A DNA stretch of 64,000 nucleotides from Candidatus Bathyarchaeia archaeon (GCA_049516875.1 JBEKSS010000003.1:160001-224000); one strand, 5' to 3'; counted from the first letter of the stretch, positions 19,469 through 30,434 are shown. A program made the numbers and translations. The notes: generated from the sequence alone by a model not told the origin.

Positions 19469-21091
19469 ATGGAGGATTCATTGCCGTTGGCTCTTAAGGA
19501 TACGCTGAAAAAGCTGTTCGCTCGTAAAAGACCAGTTCATATTCCTAAATGGGTATCTTCGCCTCAGGCATCAATTGTAGAACCTGTTTCAAAAGTTGCA
19601 AGCACGCGTATTGAAGAACCTAACCTAGTCGAAACGTACCCACTGAACGAGCCGTACGCCTACGCAAATATTGTGCGAAATCCGACCCGTGGAAACCTAA
19701 CGTATATGGTTGACGAGCCGAAGCTCAGCCAAAACGATGTTCTTCAGCTGGAACGTTTGAAAGGCTTGTTAATGGAAGTTCTGGACGTACACATGTCGAA
19801 GTTGGAGTCGAAGGAAACGGCTAGAGGGTACCTTGGACGGAAATCCGAGGAGGTGCTGGACCACTACGACTTCAAGTTGGACAAGGCAGCCAAAGGCAGA
19901 CTTCTGTATTACATGCTCAGGGACAACCTTGGGTTCGGGAAGATAGATCCTCTGATGCATGATCCGTCCATAGAAGACATATCGTGTGACGGGACAGGAA
20001 TAAGAATCTACGTCTGGCACAGAAAATACGAGTACGTGCCTACAAACGTTCGGTTTGAAACCACGGAAGAACTCAACTCTTACGCGTTGAGACTGTCCTA
20101 CTTGTGCGGGAGCCACGTCTCGATTGCGCAGCCGATGCTGGATTCTTCGTTGCCTGATGGAAGTCGTATCCATCTGACCTACGGAACGGAGATCACGAGG
20201 AGGGGGTCTACGTTTACGATTCGGAAGTTCAAGACGGACCCGCTGACCATAATCGACTTGATAGGCTTCAACACTGTCTCGGCAGAGGTCGCTGCCTATT
20301 TCTGGTATGCAGTAGAGAACCGTGTCTCAATCATGGTTTCCGGGGGAATCGCTGCAGGAAAGACAACTATGCTCAACTGCCTCAGCATGTTCATCAAACC
20401 AGACTTAAAGATAGTTTCAATAGAGGACACGCCAGAGCTGAATCTTCCTCATGAAAACTGGATACCCGCAACCACGAGGGCGCACATCGGCCTCGGTACC
20501 GAGGCGACTGATATAGGCCTGTTCGAGCTGCTTAAGGCCTCGCTCCGGCAGAGACCGGACTACATAATCGTTGGCGAAGTTAGGGGTGCTGAAGCTTACA
20601 CGCTTTTCCAAGCGATGAGTACTGGACACCTTGGAATGTCAACTCTTCACGCCGAGTCCGTGGAATCCGCAGTTTACAGGCTTGAATCAGAGCCGATGAA
20701 CGTTCCGAGAACTCTGATTTCAGGGATAGACGTAATCACTATTCAGAAACGGGTTGAACACGTTGACAAACCGACTAGAAGGACTGTGACGACATCTGAG
20801 ATAGTCGGTCTGGACCCAAGGTCGAGGGAGATTTTGACGAATGAAGTCTACAAGTGGAACCCGGCGAAGGATGCCTTCGAATACACTGGAAGAAGTTACC
20901 TTGTGGAGAGGATAGCAGAGAAAAAGGGCATTACCACGGATGAAGCGAACGAGGAGATCCAGCGCAGATCTCGCGTACTTGAATGGATGCGTGAAGGGAA
21001 CGTGAGAAAATACATGGACGTCTCGGATGTCATAAGGCGATACTACGAGAATCCAGAACGCGTTTACAAGGAGGCGACGAATGGTGGATAA
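19469..21091 (+). CDS. Type IV pilus assembly ATPase (FlaI/PilB/VirB11 family)
   Basis: GGIAAGKTT, SIEDTPEL, LRQRPDYIIVGEVRG, TGH...STLHA. Confidence 0.95.
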   Translation: MEDSLPLALKDTLKKLFARKRPVHIPKWVSSPQASIVEPVSKVASTRIEEPNLVETYPLNEPYAYANIVRNPTRGNLTYMVDEPKLSQNDVLQLERLKGLLMEVLDVHMSKLESKETARGYLGRKSEEVLDHYDFKLDKAAKGRLLYYMLRDNLGFGKIDPLMHDPSIEDISCDGTGIRIYVWHRKYEYVPTNVRFETTEELNSYALRLSYLCGSHVSIAQPMLDSSLPDGSRIHLTYGTEITRRGSTFTIRKFKTDPLTIIDLIGFNTVSAEVAAYFWYAVENRVSIMVSGGIAAGKTTMLNCLSMFIKPDLKIVSIEDTPELNLPHENWIPATTRAHIGLGTEATDIGLFELLKASLRQRPDYIIVGEVRGAEAYTLFQAMSTGHLGMSTLHAESVESAVYRLESEPMNVPRTLISGIDVITIQKRVEHVDKPTRRTVTTSEIVGLDPRSREILTNEVYKWNPAKDAFEYTGRSYLVERIAEKKGITTDEANEEIQRRSRVLEWMREGNVRKYMDVSDVIRRYYENPERVYKEATNGG

Positions 21092-21965
21092 CAGGCTGGT
21101 CACTTTCCTCTGGAAGTTCTCAAAGATAGTTCATCCAAGCATCGTCTCAAAACTCGGGGGGCTGGAGAAGAGTTTGGGTAAAGCCAGTGTGAGGACAGCT
21201 TTCAGGGTGTATGTCGGGTTGATGATGTTTACCTCCTTGGTCGCTGGCGTAGGTGTCTTTGCGGTGTCCTATTCTTTGCTCTTGTACGCTAATTTTCAGA
21301 TTTTGCATCCTCTCGTCGTGCCAGCTCTCGTCGGCGTCCTGGTAGGAGTTTTGTCGATGGGTGTTTACTTCATCTACCCCGGTTTTGTTGCCCGTTCGAG
21401 AGCGAGCAATATCAACGCGAACTTACCTACGATAGCAAATTTCATGTCTGTTCTGGCGAGTTCTGGAATGCCCGCTGAGAGCGTGTTTCGGTCCTTGGGC
21501 AGGGTGGGAGAAGAGTTTGGCGTCAGCAAAGAGGTCGAGGGGATCATGAGGGACATCCAGCTTATGGGCATGGACCTTCACACGGCTGTTAAAAAAGGCG
21601 CTGAGAAGTCACCTTCAAGAGGGTTTGCAGCGCTGCTGGACGGGATAGTCACGACTTCTCATATGGGAGGCGATTTGGCTCTCTATCTAGGGGAACAATC
21701 CGAAAAGTACAAACGCGAAAGAATGCTGAACGTGAAGCATTTTATTGACAACCTTGGTATAATCGCCGAGACCTACATCACCTTCATGGTGGCTGGTCCG
21801 CTCATGCTCATAATAATGCTGTCGGTAATGTCCTTCATAGGCGGCGGGATCACCATCGCGGATGTGGATCCAACGATCCTCCTGAACCTTCTGACGTTTG
21901 TTTTTCTGCCGGCTGGAGTCGGCATGATGATCCTGGTAGTCGACGGCATGAATCCGCAGAGGTGA
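21081..21965 (+). CDS. Type II secretion F domain membrane platform protein (TadC/FlaJ-like)
   Basis: TM helices with T2SSF pattern; overlaps the ATPase stop. Confidence 0.9.
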   Translation: MVDNRLVTFLWKFSKIVHPSIVSKLGGLEKSLGKASVRTAFRVYVGLMMFTSLVAGVGVFAVSYSLLLYANFQILHPLVVPALVGVLVGVLSMGVYFIYPGFVARSRASNINANLPTIANFMSVLASSGMPAESVFRSLGRVGEEFGVSKEVEGIMRDIQLMGMDLHTAVKKGAEKSPSRGFAALLDGIVTTSHMGGDLALYLGEQSEKYKRERMLNVKHFIDNLGIIAETYITFMVAGPLMLIIMLSVMSFIGGGITIADVDPTILLNLLTFVFLPAGVGMMILVVDGMNPQR

Positions 21966-21972
21966 ACGAACG

Positions 21973-22824
21973 GTGAAAATCTCCATAAAAACAAGACAAA
22001 TTGCAGCCGCAATTTCTGTGGTCGTTGCCTTGGGCTTCTGCGTCGGGCTTTTCATCTTTCAGCCTGACACGGTCGCCGTTTTCTTCAGCGAGATATTACT
22101 TGTTGCGATTGTCATCGTGTTGGCTCCGTCGGCGATTCTCGAACACGTGAATCAGAAATGGATGAACGGTATAGAAGATCAGATGCCCGTTCTGGTGAGA
22201 GGCATCAGCGAAAGCCAAGAGACGGGTATTACCTTCATAAAGGCCATCGAGAAGGTCGTGGAGGATAAGATGATTCGTCCACCGCTTTCCGACGAAGTGA
22301 AGAAACTCACGGTTCAGATGTCTTGGGGTCTGTCTTTTGAGGATGCTCTCAAAGGGTTCAGGAACAGGATCAATTCGTCCATTGTGAACCGATTCTGCAC
22401 CCTTGTTTTGGAGGCAAGCCGTTCGGGCGGTCAGATAAGGAAGGTTTTCACGGCGACATCCGGGTTCATGGAGGATATGAGGCAGATGGATAGAGAGACG
22501 ACCTCTCAGATGAAACCCTACACCATCGTGGTCTATGCGGCATTCTTTGTTTTCGCGTTCACGTCCGTCGTCCTCGTAAGGTCTTTCTTCGCTCCGCTTC
22601 AAGGGCTTCCCCAGATACTCAGTCCTCTCAGCGTGGGAGGCGTCAGCGATTTGAAAGACTTCTTCTACAGGACCATGTTGATCTCCGCCTTGGTAGGTGG
22701 TTTGATGGCGGGGAAGATAGGTGAGCGTCGCGTTGCAGGAGGCCTGAAGCACTCCATCGTGTTGATGGTCGTGGGATACTTCATATTCTATTTCCTGATT
22801 CCACCAAACTGGGCGGGGAAGTGA
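21973..22824 (+). CDS. Second type II secretion F domain membrane protein
   Basis: SWGLSFEDAL, EASRSGG, GLMAGKIGE...GLKH. Confidence 0.9.
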   Translation: MKISIKTRQIAAAISVVVALGFCVGLFIFQPDTVAVFFSEILLVAIVIVLAPSAILEHVNQKWMNGIEDQMPVLVRGISESQETGITFIKAIEKVVEDKMIRPPLSDEVKKLTVQMSWGLSFEDALKGFRNRINSSIVNRFCTLVLEASRSGGQIRKVFTATSGFMEDMRQMDRETTSQMKPYTIVVYAAFFVFAFTSVVLVRSFFAPLQGLPQILSPLSVGGVSDLKDFFYRTMLISALVGGLMAGKIGERRVAGGLKHSIVLMVVGYFIFYFLIPPNWAGK

Positions 22825-23247
22825 ATGAGCGGGTTGTCGAGAAACAGGAAGGCAGTTTCATCCGTCATCGGTACAATCTTGATGATTCTAGTCGTAGTCA
22901 TCGGCATGAGCATGGCGTTCGGCTATTTCGTAAACTTCGTGAAGGATTATCAAGCTGGCAGAGGCGCATCGGTGATGGAGTTGATAAGCGTCGAGGACGT
23001 CTGGTTCAAGGTCGGCGGAAACAATGTCGAGATGTGGCTCTACAACTATGGAAAGGTGGGTGTCAAGATGAGCACTTTCTACGTCGACGGTAGACAGGTC
23101 AGCCTAAACAGCGTCGACGTTCCCGTCGGCGGACATGTACCTGTGACTGTGCAAACGCAATGGCTCCCGGGCGTAACATACCATTTTAAACTGGTGACGG
23201 ACAGGGGCTCGGTTTTCGAGGGTGATTACGCATCTTCAAGCATATGA
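22825..23247 (+). CDS. Type IV pilin
   Basis: Class III signal RKA|VSSVIGTILMILV. Confidence 0.85.
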   Translation: MSGLSRNRKAVSSVIGTILMILVVVIGMSMAFGYFVNFVKDYQAGRGASVMELISVEDVWFKVGGNNVEMWLYNYGKVGVKMSTFYVDGRQVSLNSVDVPVGGHVPVTVQTQWLPGVTYHFKLVTDRGSVFEGDYASSSI

Positions 23248-23265
23248 AAATGAGGTTAGAGAAGG

Positions 23266-24144
23266 ATGAAGAGACTGTTGAAGAACCGCTCTGGCACCGC
23301 TGAGATAGTGGGAACGGTGCTGTTTCTCGTGATACTGTTCTTCTTTTTCTCCAATGTATTCCTCTGGCACAACCAGGTAACCCGAGAAATGGACCAAGTA
23401 GTCGCTGACAAGACAAACTCAGCGGTCAGAATAGAAAAGACAGTGCTCCTGGGGATACCTGTGAACAGCAGTGATTGGCGGCCATATCAGTATCTACGTG
23501 AGAGCAAGACGCCTAATGGTTATTGTCTAGTAGGGGAGACCTATACGTTTATCACGGGAGTAGATGAGGCTGAAGAGACGCTGGTCGCGGATATTCGTGT
23601 TAGCATTTATGCAAGTTACAATGACCCCTACAGCGAATCATGTTTCGTATACATTAAGGACTTTAATCAAGTGGCATGGGTGAACACGGGACTGATGATA
23701 ATGAACGGATACAGATGGTGCAACACCACTCTGTCACTTCCGGGCAGTTACATAGACACCGGAGGGAACGTCGAAATCGAGATCGCGGATGCCAGCTCGC
23801 AATTGGGTTTCAACGATACTGCACAGGGGACACTTAGCATAGCGTCCATGGACGTCTGTGCAGATTGGATAGCGCTACAGGTCACTAACATTGGCGGATC
23901 AGATGCTGCTTTGTCTCGTCTGTGGATAGTCACGGCCACAGACCATGCCTACAGAGATCTTAATGATGCATTGGTCGCTGGTGGATCGACGCGAACCATC
24001 ATGTTCACCACCGAAACCACAATGGTGGCTGATGATGCTAGCAGCTTGGTTGTCAACTATGCTCCGACAGCTGGACAGGCTACGTTTAGGGTTCTGACCA
24101 CACTGGGAAACAATGCCGCTTGTAGCATTGACTTTCCTGACTGA
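23266..24144 (+). CDS. Minor pilin-like protein
   Basis: Class III signal RSG|TAEIVGTVLFLVIL. Confidence 0.8.
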   Translation: MKRLLKNRSGTAEIVGTVLFLVILFFFFSNVFLWHNQVTREMDQVVADKTNSAVRIEKTVLLGIPVNSSDWRPYQYLRESKTPNGYCLVGETYTFITGVDEAEETLVADIRVSIYASYNDPYSESCFVYIKDFNQVAWVNTGLMIMNGYRWCNTTLSLPGSYIDTGGNVEIEIADASSQLGFNDTAQGTLSIASMDVCADWIALQVTNIGGSDAALSRLWIVTATDHAYRDLNDALVAGGSTRTIMFTTETTMVADDASSLVVNYAPTAGQATFRVLTTLGNNAACSIDFPD

Positions 24145-24252
24145 ACAATGATCTCCAAACTCGTGCAACTAGAGCTTTGCTCTATAGGTTTATTCCACGG
24201 CTGTTTAAATATCGCCAGCATGAGATTGAATAATGGAAGGGGAGATATCGAA

Positions 24253-25467
24253 ATGAAAGTGAAATTCCTTGGTAAGCGCAAGAGAATTGTGCATGTTGTG
24301 AGATTTGTGAAGGCTGTTTCAACCGTTGTTGCAGTTTTGTTGATGATAGCTATCGCCGTGATCGCCTCGCTCGTGGCCTACTTCTGGGTGACGGGATACT
24401 TTAAAACAACCAGCACAAAAATCAGCAAAGCCATACAGATAGAGAATGCATACTACACTGGCCAATATCTTGGCGTCTACGTGGAGAACATCGGTCAAGG
24501 CAAAGCCACGTTAATCGCGAATCAATGCCTTTACGTTGACGGAGCACTACGAACGTCAGCAAACGTAAACCCAGGCAAACTGCAGGAGACTTCATATATG
24601 TTGCAGGAAAGCGACATCGCATTGGTGGTTGACGCTATCTCCCTGAACTTGGGTCAGACTATCAAGATTAAAATCGTCACATCTGAAGGGACTTTTGTTG
24701 AATATTCATTCACGATTAACACATTCCAGGGACAGAATCCGTATTCACTTGCCCTATTTGCTAACCCACCTGCTGGAGGCTCTGTGGCGGCGGACAACAA
24801 TGGACCCTACAGCTACGGCGACGTGGTCGAATTGACGGCTAACCCCGCTGCAGGATGGAGCTTCTCAGGCTGGAGCGGAGACGCTTCTGGGTCTACAAAC
24901 CCAATTAGCATCGTGATCAATGGCACCAATACGGTGACTGCCACTTTCACTCAGAACGAATATGCGTTGACATTGGACATAGTCGGCGGCGGTTCAGTGT
25001 CCAAGCTTCCTGACAAGGCAACCTACCATTCCGGTGATTCTGTCCAACTGCAGGCGAATGCTGCTTCGGGCTGGACTTTCTCCGGATGGAGCGGGGACTT
25101 GACTGGCACAACCAACCCAAGCTCGGTCGTCATAGATGAGACTCCAGAAGTGACTGCGACCTTCACTCAGAACCAGTACACGCTAACGGTTAATATGGAT
25201 CCATTAGGAAGCGGCCTTGTTTCATTGAACAACACTGGACCCTACTACTACGGCGATGTGGTCGAATTGACGGCTAACCCCACCGTGGGCTGGAGCTTCT
25301 CAGGCTGGAGTCAAGATCTGACTGGGTCCATGAACCCTGGTGGGCTGGAGCTTCTCAGGCTGGAGTCAAGATCTGACTGGGTCCATGAACCCTGCGACCA
25401 TTCTGATCGACGGTGGCAAGACTGTTACCGCTACCTTCACTCAGAACCAGTACACGTTAACGGTTAA
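24253..25467 (+). CDS. Giant pilin-adhesin, N-terminal part (pilin domain plus InlB B-repeat/Listeria-Bacteroides-like repeats); frameshifted
   Basis: KA|VSTVVAVLLMIAIAV signal; repeated GWSFSGWSGD...VTATF units; frame broken by a 55-bp duplication. Confidence 0.8.
   Translation: MKVKFLGKRKRIVHVVRFVKAVSTVVAVLLMIAIAVIASLVAYFWVTGYFKTTSTKISKAIQIENAYYTGQYLGVYVENIGQGKATLIANQCLYVDGALRTSANVNPGKLQETSYMLQESDIALVVDAISLNLGQTIKIKIVTSEGTFVEYSFTINTFQGQNPYSLALFANPPAGGSVAADNNGPYSYGDVVELTANPAAGWSFSGWSGDASGSTNPISIVINGTNTVTATFTQNEYALTLDIVGGGSVSKLPDKATYHSGDSVQLQANAASGWTFSGWSGDLTGTTNPSSVVIDETPEVTATFTQNQYTLTVNMDPLGSGLVSLNNTGPYYYGDVVELTANPTVGWSFSGWSQDLTGSMNPGGLELLRLESRSDWVHEPCDHSDRRWQDCYRYLHSEPVHVNG
25285..25394. 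repeat. Exact 55-bp tandem duplication causing the frameshift
   Basis: 25285-25339 is identical to 25340-25394. Confidence 0.95.
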
Positions 25468-28075
25468 TGTGGATCCATTAGGAAGCGGCCTTGTTTCATT
25501 GAACAACACTGGACCCTACTACTACGGCGATGTGGTCGAATTGACGGCTAACCCCACCGTGGGCTGGAGCTTCTCAGCATGGAGCGGAGACGTGGGTGGT
25601 AGCAACAATCCCGAGAACATACTCATCGATGGGGACAAGAGTGTCAATGCAGCATTCAGTCAGCAGACACGGGTCATCCATGCTTCTGCCGGCCCTCACG
25701 GGCTCATTTCGCCTTCTGGAGACGTAACTGTCACCTACGGGGGCGACCAAGATTTCACGTTCACCCCAGAAGCGGGATACAGCGTTGAGGATGTGCTGGT
25801 TGACTTCGTATCGCAGGGTCCATCGGACTACTACAACTTCACGAACGTCGTCGCGGAACGCTGGATATCAGTCTCCTTTGTGCCGAGCACGTACACCATC
25901 ACCGCTTCTTATGGACCTGGCGGAACAATTGATCCGTCGGGATCGGTGTCCGTTGGCTATGGCAATGACCAGGCCTTTGTCATCACGCCTAACGTGGGCT
26001 TCCACATTGGAAATGTCCTGGTTGACGGTGGCTCGATAGGTGTCCCAAGCGGATACACGTTCTACTCTGTTACAGCTGATCACACGATACAAGCCTTCTT
26101 TGCTCTGGACGTGTACACGTTGACGGTCAATGTGAATCCACTAGGAGCTGGCATTGTTTCATTGAACAACACTGGGCCCTACCACTATGGCGACTGGGTT
26201 CAGCTGACTGCTAATGGCAACCCTGGCTGGAGCTTTTCAGGCTGGAGCGGGGACGCGTCTGGATCTGCGGGTTCCACAGTTATTCTTATGGACGGCGATA
26301 AGACTGTTAACGCAGCTTTCACTCAGATTGAGTACACGTTGACGGTTACCACGATTGGCAACGGCGTTGGCACCGTGACCAAGACTCCGGACCTAGCTAC
26401 ATATCACTACGGTGACAGTGTTCAACTTAACGCTGCAGCTAATGTTGGTTCCTACTTTGCAGGTTGGAGTGGCGACCTCTCTGGTATGACTAGCCCTGTC
26501 AACATTACGATAGACGGCAACAAGGCGGTAAATGCAAACTTCACCCGTACTCAGGTTCAAGTGTCGTTTGTTGCAGAGCCATCAGGAAGGGGCACGACGA
26601 GTCCAACAGGAACTCAGACATATGATTTGGGACAAACCGTTTCAATATCTGCTATTGACACCAACGCTAGCGATAGTTATGCATTCGGCTACTGGAGTGC
26701 AACAGGATCGATAACCTTCGGGAACTCATCAGCGGCATCCACGACAGCGGTCATGAACAGTGCAGGTACGATAACAGCCCACTTTAGAATCCCAACCTCA
26801 ATCAAGTGGATAAACACCCCAGCAACCTTAACCATCGGCGATACCGAGACTATCTATGGTCAACTTGTTGAATACGGCTACACCGGCTATCTGAATATCG
26901 ACAATCCGACGGCGATGAACGGCAAGACGATCTCTTTAGTCTACACGAGACCGAACGGTACCACTTTCACTAGAACCGACACAACTGGAGTTTATATTCT
27001 CTTTTGGAACGGCGTCTTCTCTGATAGCTACGTGCCCGATGCTGTTGGAACTTGGCACGTATACGCTCGTTTCGACGGAGATGGAACATTCAACGCAAGT
27101 GTGAGCACAACTGGCAGCTTCACGGTGACGCAAAGCTCGACATCGCTGACCTGCACCGTTTCCCCCACAACCATACAAATGGGCAGTACAGTAACAGTCT
27201 CAGGCACCCTGACCGATTCGAGCAGCAACGGAGTACCCAGCAAAACCGTCACTCTGACCTTCACTAGACCCAATAGTTCAACAATCCTCGTAAACGTAAC
27301 GACTAGTACCTCGGGCTCCTACACGTACACGTTTGCCCCTGATGCCATTGGACAATGGAGCGTTCATTCCACATGGGCCGGAGATGCAAACTATCAACCA
27401 TCCACAAGTCCAACCCAACAGTTCACAGTCGAGCCCCGCCATGTGACTTTTGTTTCTGCTGGAACAGGTTCGGGGACAACAAGCAACCCATCGCCAGCAT
27501 ATCCTTCAGGCTTAGCAGCCAACGACCTAATCCTATTACAAGTTACCGTAAGAGACACAACCAATACTCCAACAACACCAGCTGGCTTCACTTTACTGTA
27601 TGGACCCGACTCCACAGGAACAGGAAGACAGTGGATCTACTACAAGTTTGCCACTGGAACTGAATCTGGAACAATAACCATCACCATCAGCGGTAGCAAT
27701 TGCAAGATAGCGAGAATGTATGCTTTCAGAAACGTGGCTCTCTCAAGCTTCACTGAAGGCGGAGGCTTTGGTTCTGGAACTAGTAGGACAATTTCAGCAC
27801 AGTCAGTAACTACAACTGGTACTGGACGACTTACCGTTTCATTTGTCTTTGTGAACAATGATAACTCTGTTGGAAGCTTTACGGGAGAAGCAGGCGGAGA
27901 CTGGACTGAAGCTGTGTCGGAATTCACAACGAGCGCTGGAAGTAACGGGTGTGTTCAGCTTCAAACTGCAACTATGGCAAGTGCTGGAACAATTTCTGGT
28001 GGAAGCTACGATATGGGTTCTGGCAACTCAGACCCTTGGGGCGTAAGAGCGTTTGCACTAATACCCTCGCCCTAA
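25340..28075 (+). CDS. Giant pilin-adhesin, C-terminal part (B-repeats, Ig-like domains, terminal beta domain)
   Basis: Continuation of the same repeat units; removing one 55-bp copy joins it in frame to the ORF at 24253. Confidence 0.8.
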   Translation: MGWSFSGWSQDLTGSMNPATILIDGGKTVTATFTQNQYTLTVNVDPLGSGLVSLNNTGPYYYGDVVELTANPTVGWSFSAWSGDVGGSNNPENILIDGDKSVNAAFSQQTRVIHASAGPHGLISPSGDVTVTYGGDQDFTFTPEAGYSVEDVLVDFVSQGPSDYYNFTNVVAERWISVSFVPSTYTITASYGPGGTIDPSGSVSVGYGNDQAFVITPNVGFHIGNVLVDGGSIGVPSGYTFYSVTADHTIQAFFALDVYTLTVNVNPLGAGIVSLNNTGPYHYGDWVQLTANGNPGWSFSGWSGDASGSAGSTVILMDGDKTVNAAFTQIEYTLTVTTIGNGVGTVTKTPDLATYHYGDSVQLNAAANVGSYFAGWSGDLSGMTSPVNITIDGNKAVNANFTRTQVQVSFVAEPSGRGTTSPTGTQTYDLGQTVSISAIDTNASDSYAFGYWSATGSITFGNSSAASTTAVMNSAGTITAHFRIPTSIKWINTPATLTIGDTETIYGQLVEYGYTGYLNIDNPTAMNGKTISLVYTRPNGTTFTRTDTTGVYILFWNGVFSDSYVPDAVGTWHVYARFDGDGTFNASVSTTGSFTVTQSSTSLTCTVSPTTIQMGSTVTVSGTLTDSSSNGVPSKTVTLTFTRPNSSTILVNVTTSTSGSYTYTFAPDAIGQWSVHSTWAGDANYQPSTSPTQQFTVEPRHVTFVSAGTGSGTTSNPSPAYPSGLAANDLILLQVTVRDTTNTPTTPAGFTLLYGPDSTGTGRQWIYYKFATGTESGTITITISGSNCKIARMYAFRNVALSSFTEGGGFGSGTSRTISAQSVTTTGTGRLTVSFVFVNNDNSVGSFTGEAGGDWTEAVSEFTTSAGSNGCVQLQTATMASAGTISGGSYDMGSGNSDPWGVRAFALIPSP

Positions 28076-28101
28076 ACTATGAACTCTCAGAAAAGCTAAA
28101 A

Positions 28102-28129
28102 GGACGACGACCCAATCGTCCATTTTTTT
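28102..28129 (+). terminator. Hairpin plus T-tract after the pilus operon
   Basis: GGACGA-N8-TCGTCC followed by T7. Confidence 0.6.
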
Positions 28130-28845
28130 GTTAACTTGAAATTCGCATGAGAATATTGTCTTCTTGACTCTTTGCCAATGATGATTTACCTATGATAACT
28201 CAAGGCTTGAACTGCTCTACCTGCAGAATAGCATAAACAGCAAAAGCATTTCAAGCCTCCAGACGCTTAACAAGTAGCACTCTCTTGCGCCAGAACTTTA
28301 TCCGTTGTTCCAAACACGCGCGCGCTCTACTAGTTTGATGCCATAGGATATCTCTCTTCCAGACAGCCATCCATTCAAGAGATGGCGATCATACTTTACT
28401 GATTCGTAGCCAGTTACTGACAATTGGTAGAGTATCCGCACGCGTCACATCTGTCACATGATCGATCGATGAACTGGGATCTCCAAGGGGGTGGAAGGGT
28501 ATGCAAAGATAGTATATATACTAGATTCGCGCGAGCTAAGATTGGGCAATGATTGCGAATGTGGCAAAGCAAGCACTGTAAACACCTACTTCACTGGCGT
28601 CCCGATTTTTTCATCATTTTTTAAGTTCAAAATTGGCTGTTCTCTCTAGCTATTTTTATGTCAAAATATGGAATCTTGAATTTTGAAGCGACCACACCCT
28701 GGAGATTGTTCTTGAAGCAAGAGTGCAATTCCTCTGGGTTTCTATTATTTGCCAACTATTCTTAAATACGCAAAGGACAGAGTTATACGCGGTGTCATAC
28801 GTCATGAATCATGCGTTCAACGGGAGAATTGTATTCTCTGCGAAC

Positions 28846-30387
28846 ATGCGGAAGCTAGGGTTCGCTTCCAGCTTACTGGCTACTGTTCTGCTGTTGCTAG
28901 TTCTGTCTGCAATGCTCCCTAGAATACAAGCTTCAGGCAATGATGATTGGCCGATGTTTCATCACGATTTGCAACACAGCGGCTACTCCACATCCACGGC
29001 TCCAAACACGAACTACAAACTGTGGAATTACACAACAGGCGGTTGGGTTTCTTCTTCGCCAGCGGCGGTCCACGGAGAAATCTACGTAGGATCCAACGAC
29101 AATGAGATCTACTGCTTGAACGCTTCGACAGGAGCATTGATATGGAATTTCACAACAGGCGGTCCAGTTAGCTCTTCACCAGCCGTTGCTGACGACAGAG
29201 TGTACGTTGGATCCACGGGCAGCCAAGTCTACTGCTTGAACGCTTCGACAGGAGCATTGATATGGAATTTCACAACAGGCGGTCCAGTTAGCTCTTCACC
29301 AGCCGTTGCTGACGACAGAGTGTACGTTGGATCCTTCGACGGAAATGTCTACTGTTTAGACGCTTCCAATGGGGCACTAACGTGGAATTATGCAACAGGC
29401 GGTTTCATTGTTTGCTCTCCTGCTGTCGCCTATGGTAACGTGTACGCGGGATCAGGGGATAAGAACGTTTATTGTTTGAACGCTTCGACAGGAGCATTCG
29501 TGTGGAACTTCACAACAGGTGCAGGAGTTTTTTCTTCACCTGCAATTTTCAACGGCAATGTGTACATAGGATCCGATGACAACAGAATCTACTGCTTGAA
29601 CGCCTCGACAGGAGCGTTGATATGGAAAGTTTCCACGGGTGGTTTGGTCGAATCCTCTCCAGCTGTCAGCTACGGCTATGTGTACTTCGGATCTTACGAC
29701 AGAAACGTTTATTGTTTGAACGCTTCGACAGGAGCATTAATATGGAACTTCACAACAGGCGCTGAGGTTTTTTCTTCGCCGGCTGTTGCTTACGGCAACG
29801 TGTATGTAGGGTCCTTCGACAGGAATATTTACTGCTTAAATGCCTCCACGGGAGCATTGGTGTGGAACTACACAACGAATGATGAGATCAATGGCTCTCC
29901 CGCCATAGCCTATGGTAACGTCTACATAGCATCTGGAGATTACAAGATTTACTGCTTCGCTTTTGTCGATATAACTCCTCCAAACATCACGGGTGTGTCT
30001 CAAGCTCCGCCCAAAAACAATGTTTCGTCACAAGATATAGTTGAGGTCAACGCCACCGTCACCGACGACGCAAGCGGAGTGAAGGAAGTCACTCTGAGCT
30101 ACGCCAGCAACAATGGAGCATGGACAAACGTCACTATGTCAAACCTCTTGGAAAACGTGTGGAGCGCCAGCATACCAGCGTTTCCGTACGGCACAAACGT
30201 AACGTACATAATCATAGCACAAGATAACGCAGGCAACGCGATAACAACTCTAGGAACAGCTTACGAACATCAATACGTGGTGATCCCTGAGTTTCCAACT
30301 CCAACAATAGCGCTACCATTATTCATGATATTCACACTGCTAGCAGTCGGATTTCGCAGAAGAAAACAACTCAGACACCAGAACTGA
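28846..30387 (+). CDS. PQQ-like (BamB-type) beta-propeller surface protein with PEF-CTERM anchor
   Basis: Signal peptide, WPMFHHD, eight SSPAV...YVGS...YCLNASTG repeats, VIPEFP + TM + RRRK. Confidence 0.92.
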   Translation: MRKLGFASSLLATVLLLLVLSAMLPRIQASGNDDWPMFHHDLQHSGYSTSTAPNTNYKLWNYTTGGWVSSSPAAVHGEIYVGSNDNEIYCLNASTGALIWNFTTGGPVSSSPAVADDRVYVGSTGSQVYCLNASTGALIWNFTTGGPVSSSPAVADDRVYVGSFDGNVYCLDASNGALTWNYATGGFIVCSPAVAYGNVYAGSGDKNVYCLNASTGAFVWNFTTGAGVFSSPAIFNGNVYIGSDDNRIYCLNASTGALIWKVSTGGLVESSPAVSYGYVYFGSYDRNVYCLNASTGALIWNFTTGAEVFSSPAVAYGNVYVGSFDRNIYCLNASTGALVWNYTTNDEINGSPAIAYGNVYIASGDYKIYCFAFVDITPPNITGVSQAPPKNNVSSQDIVEVNATVTDDASGVKEVTLSYASNNGAWTNVTMSNLLENVWSASIPAFPYGTNVTYIIIAQDNAGNAITTLGTAYEHQYVVIPEFPTPTIALPLFMIFTLLAVGFRRRKQLRHQN

Positions 30388-30434
30388 AGCAAACCGCTGA
30401 ACCAGGAGCAGACGACCAGTCTGCTCAGGCACAG

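Noticed and set aside
18941-28075. Archaellum operon
   Set aside because: No FlaF/G-type accessory genes or archaellin-specific sequence; two separate TadC-like genes fit an adhesive type IV pilus.
29100-29340. Near-exact 120-bp tandem repeat in the PQQ-like gene
   Set aside because: In-frame duplication of one propeller blade, which is ordinary for this family.
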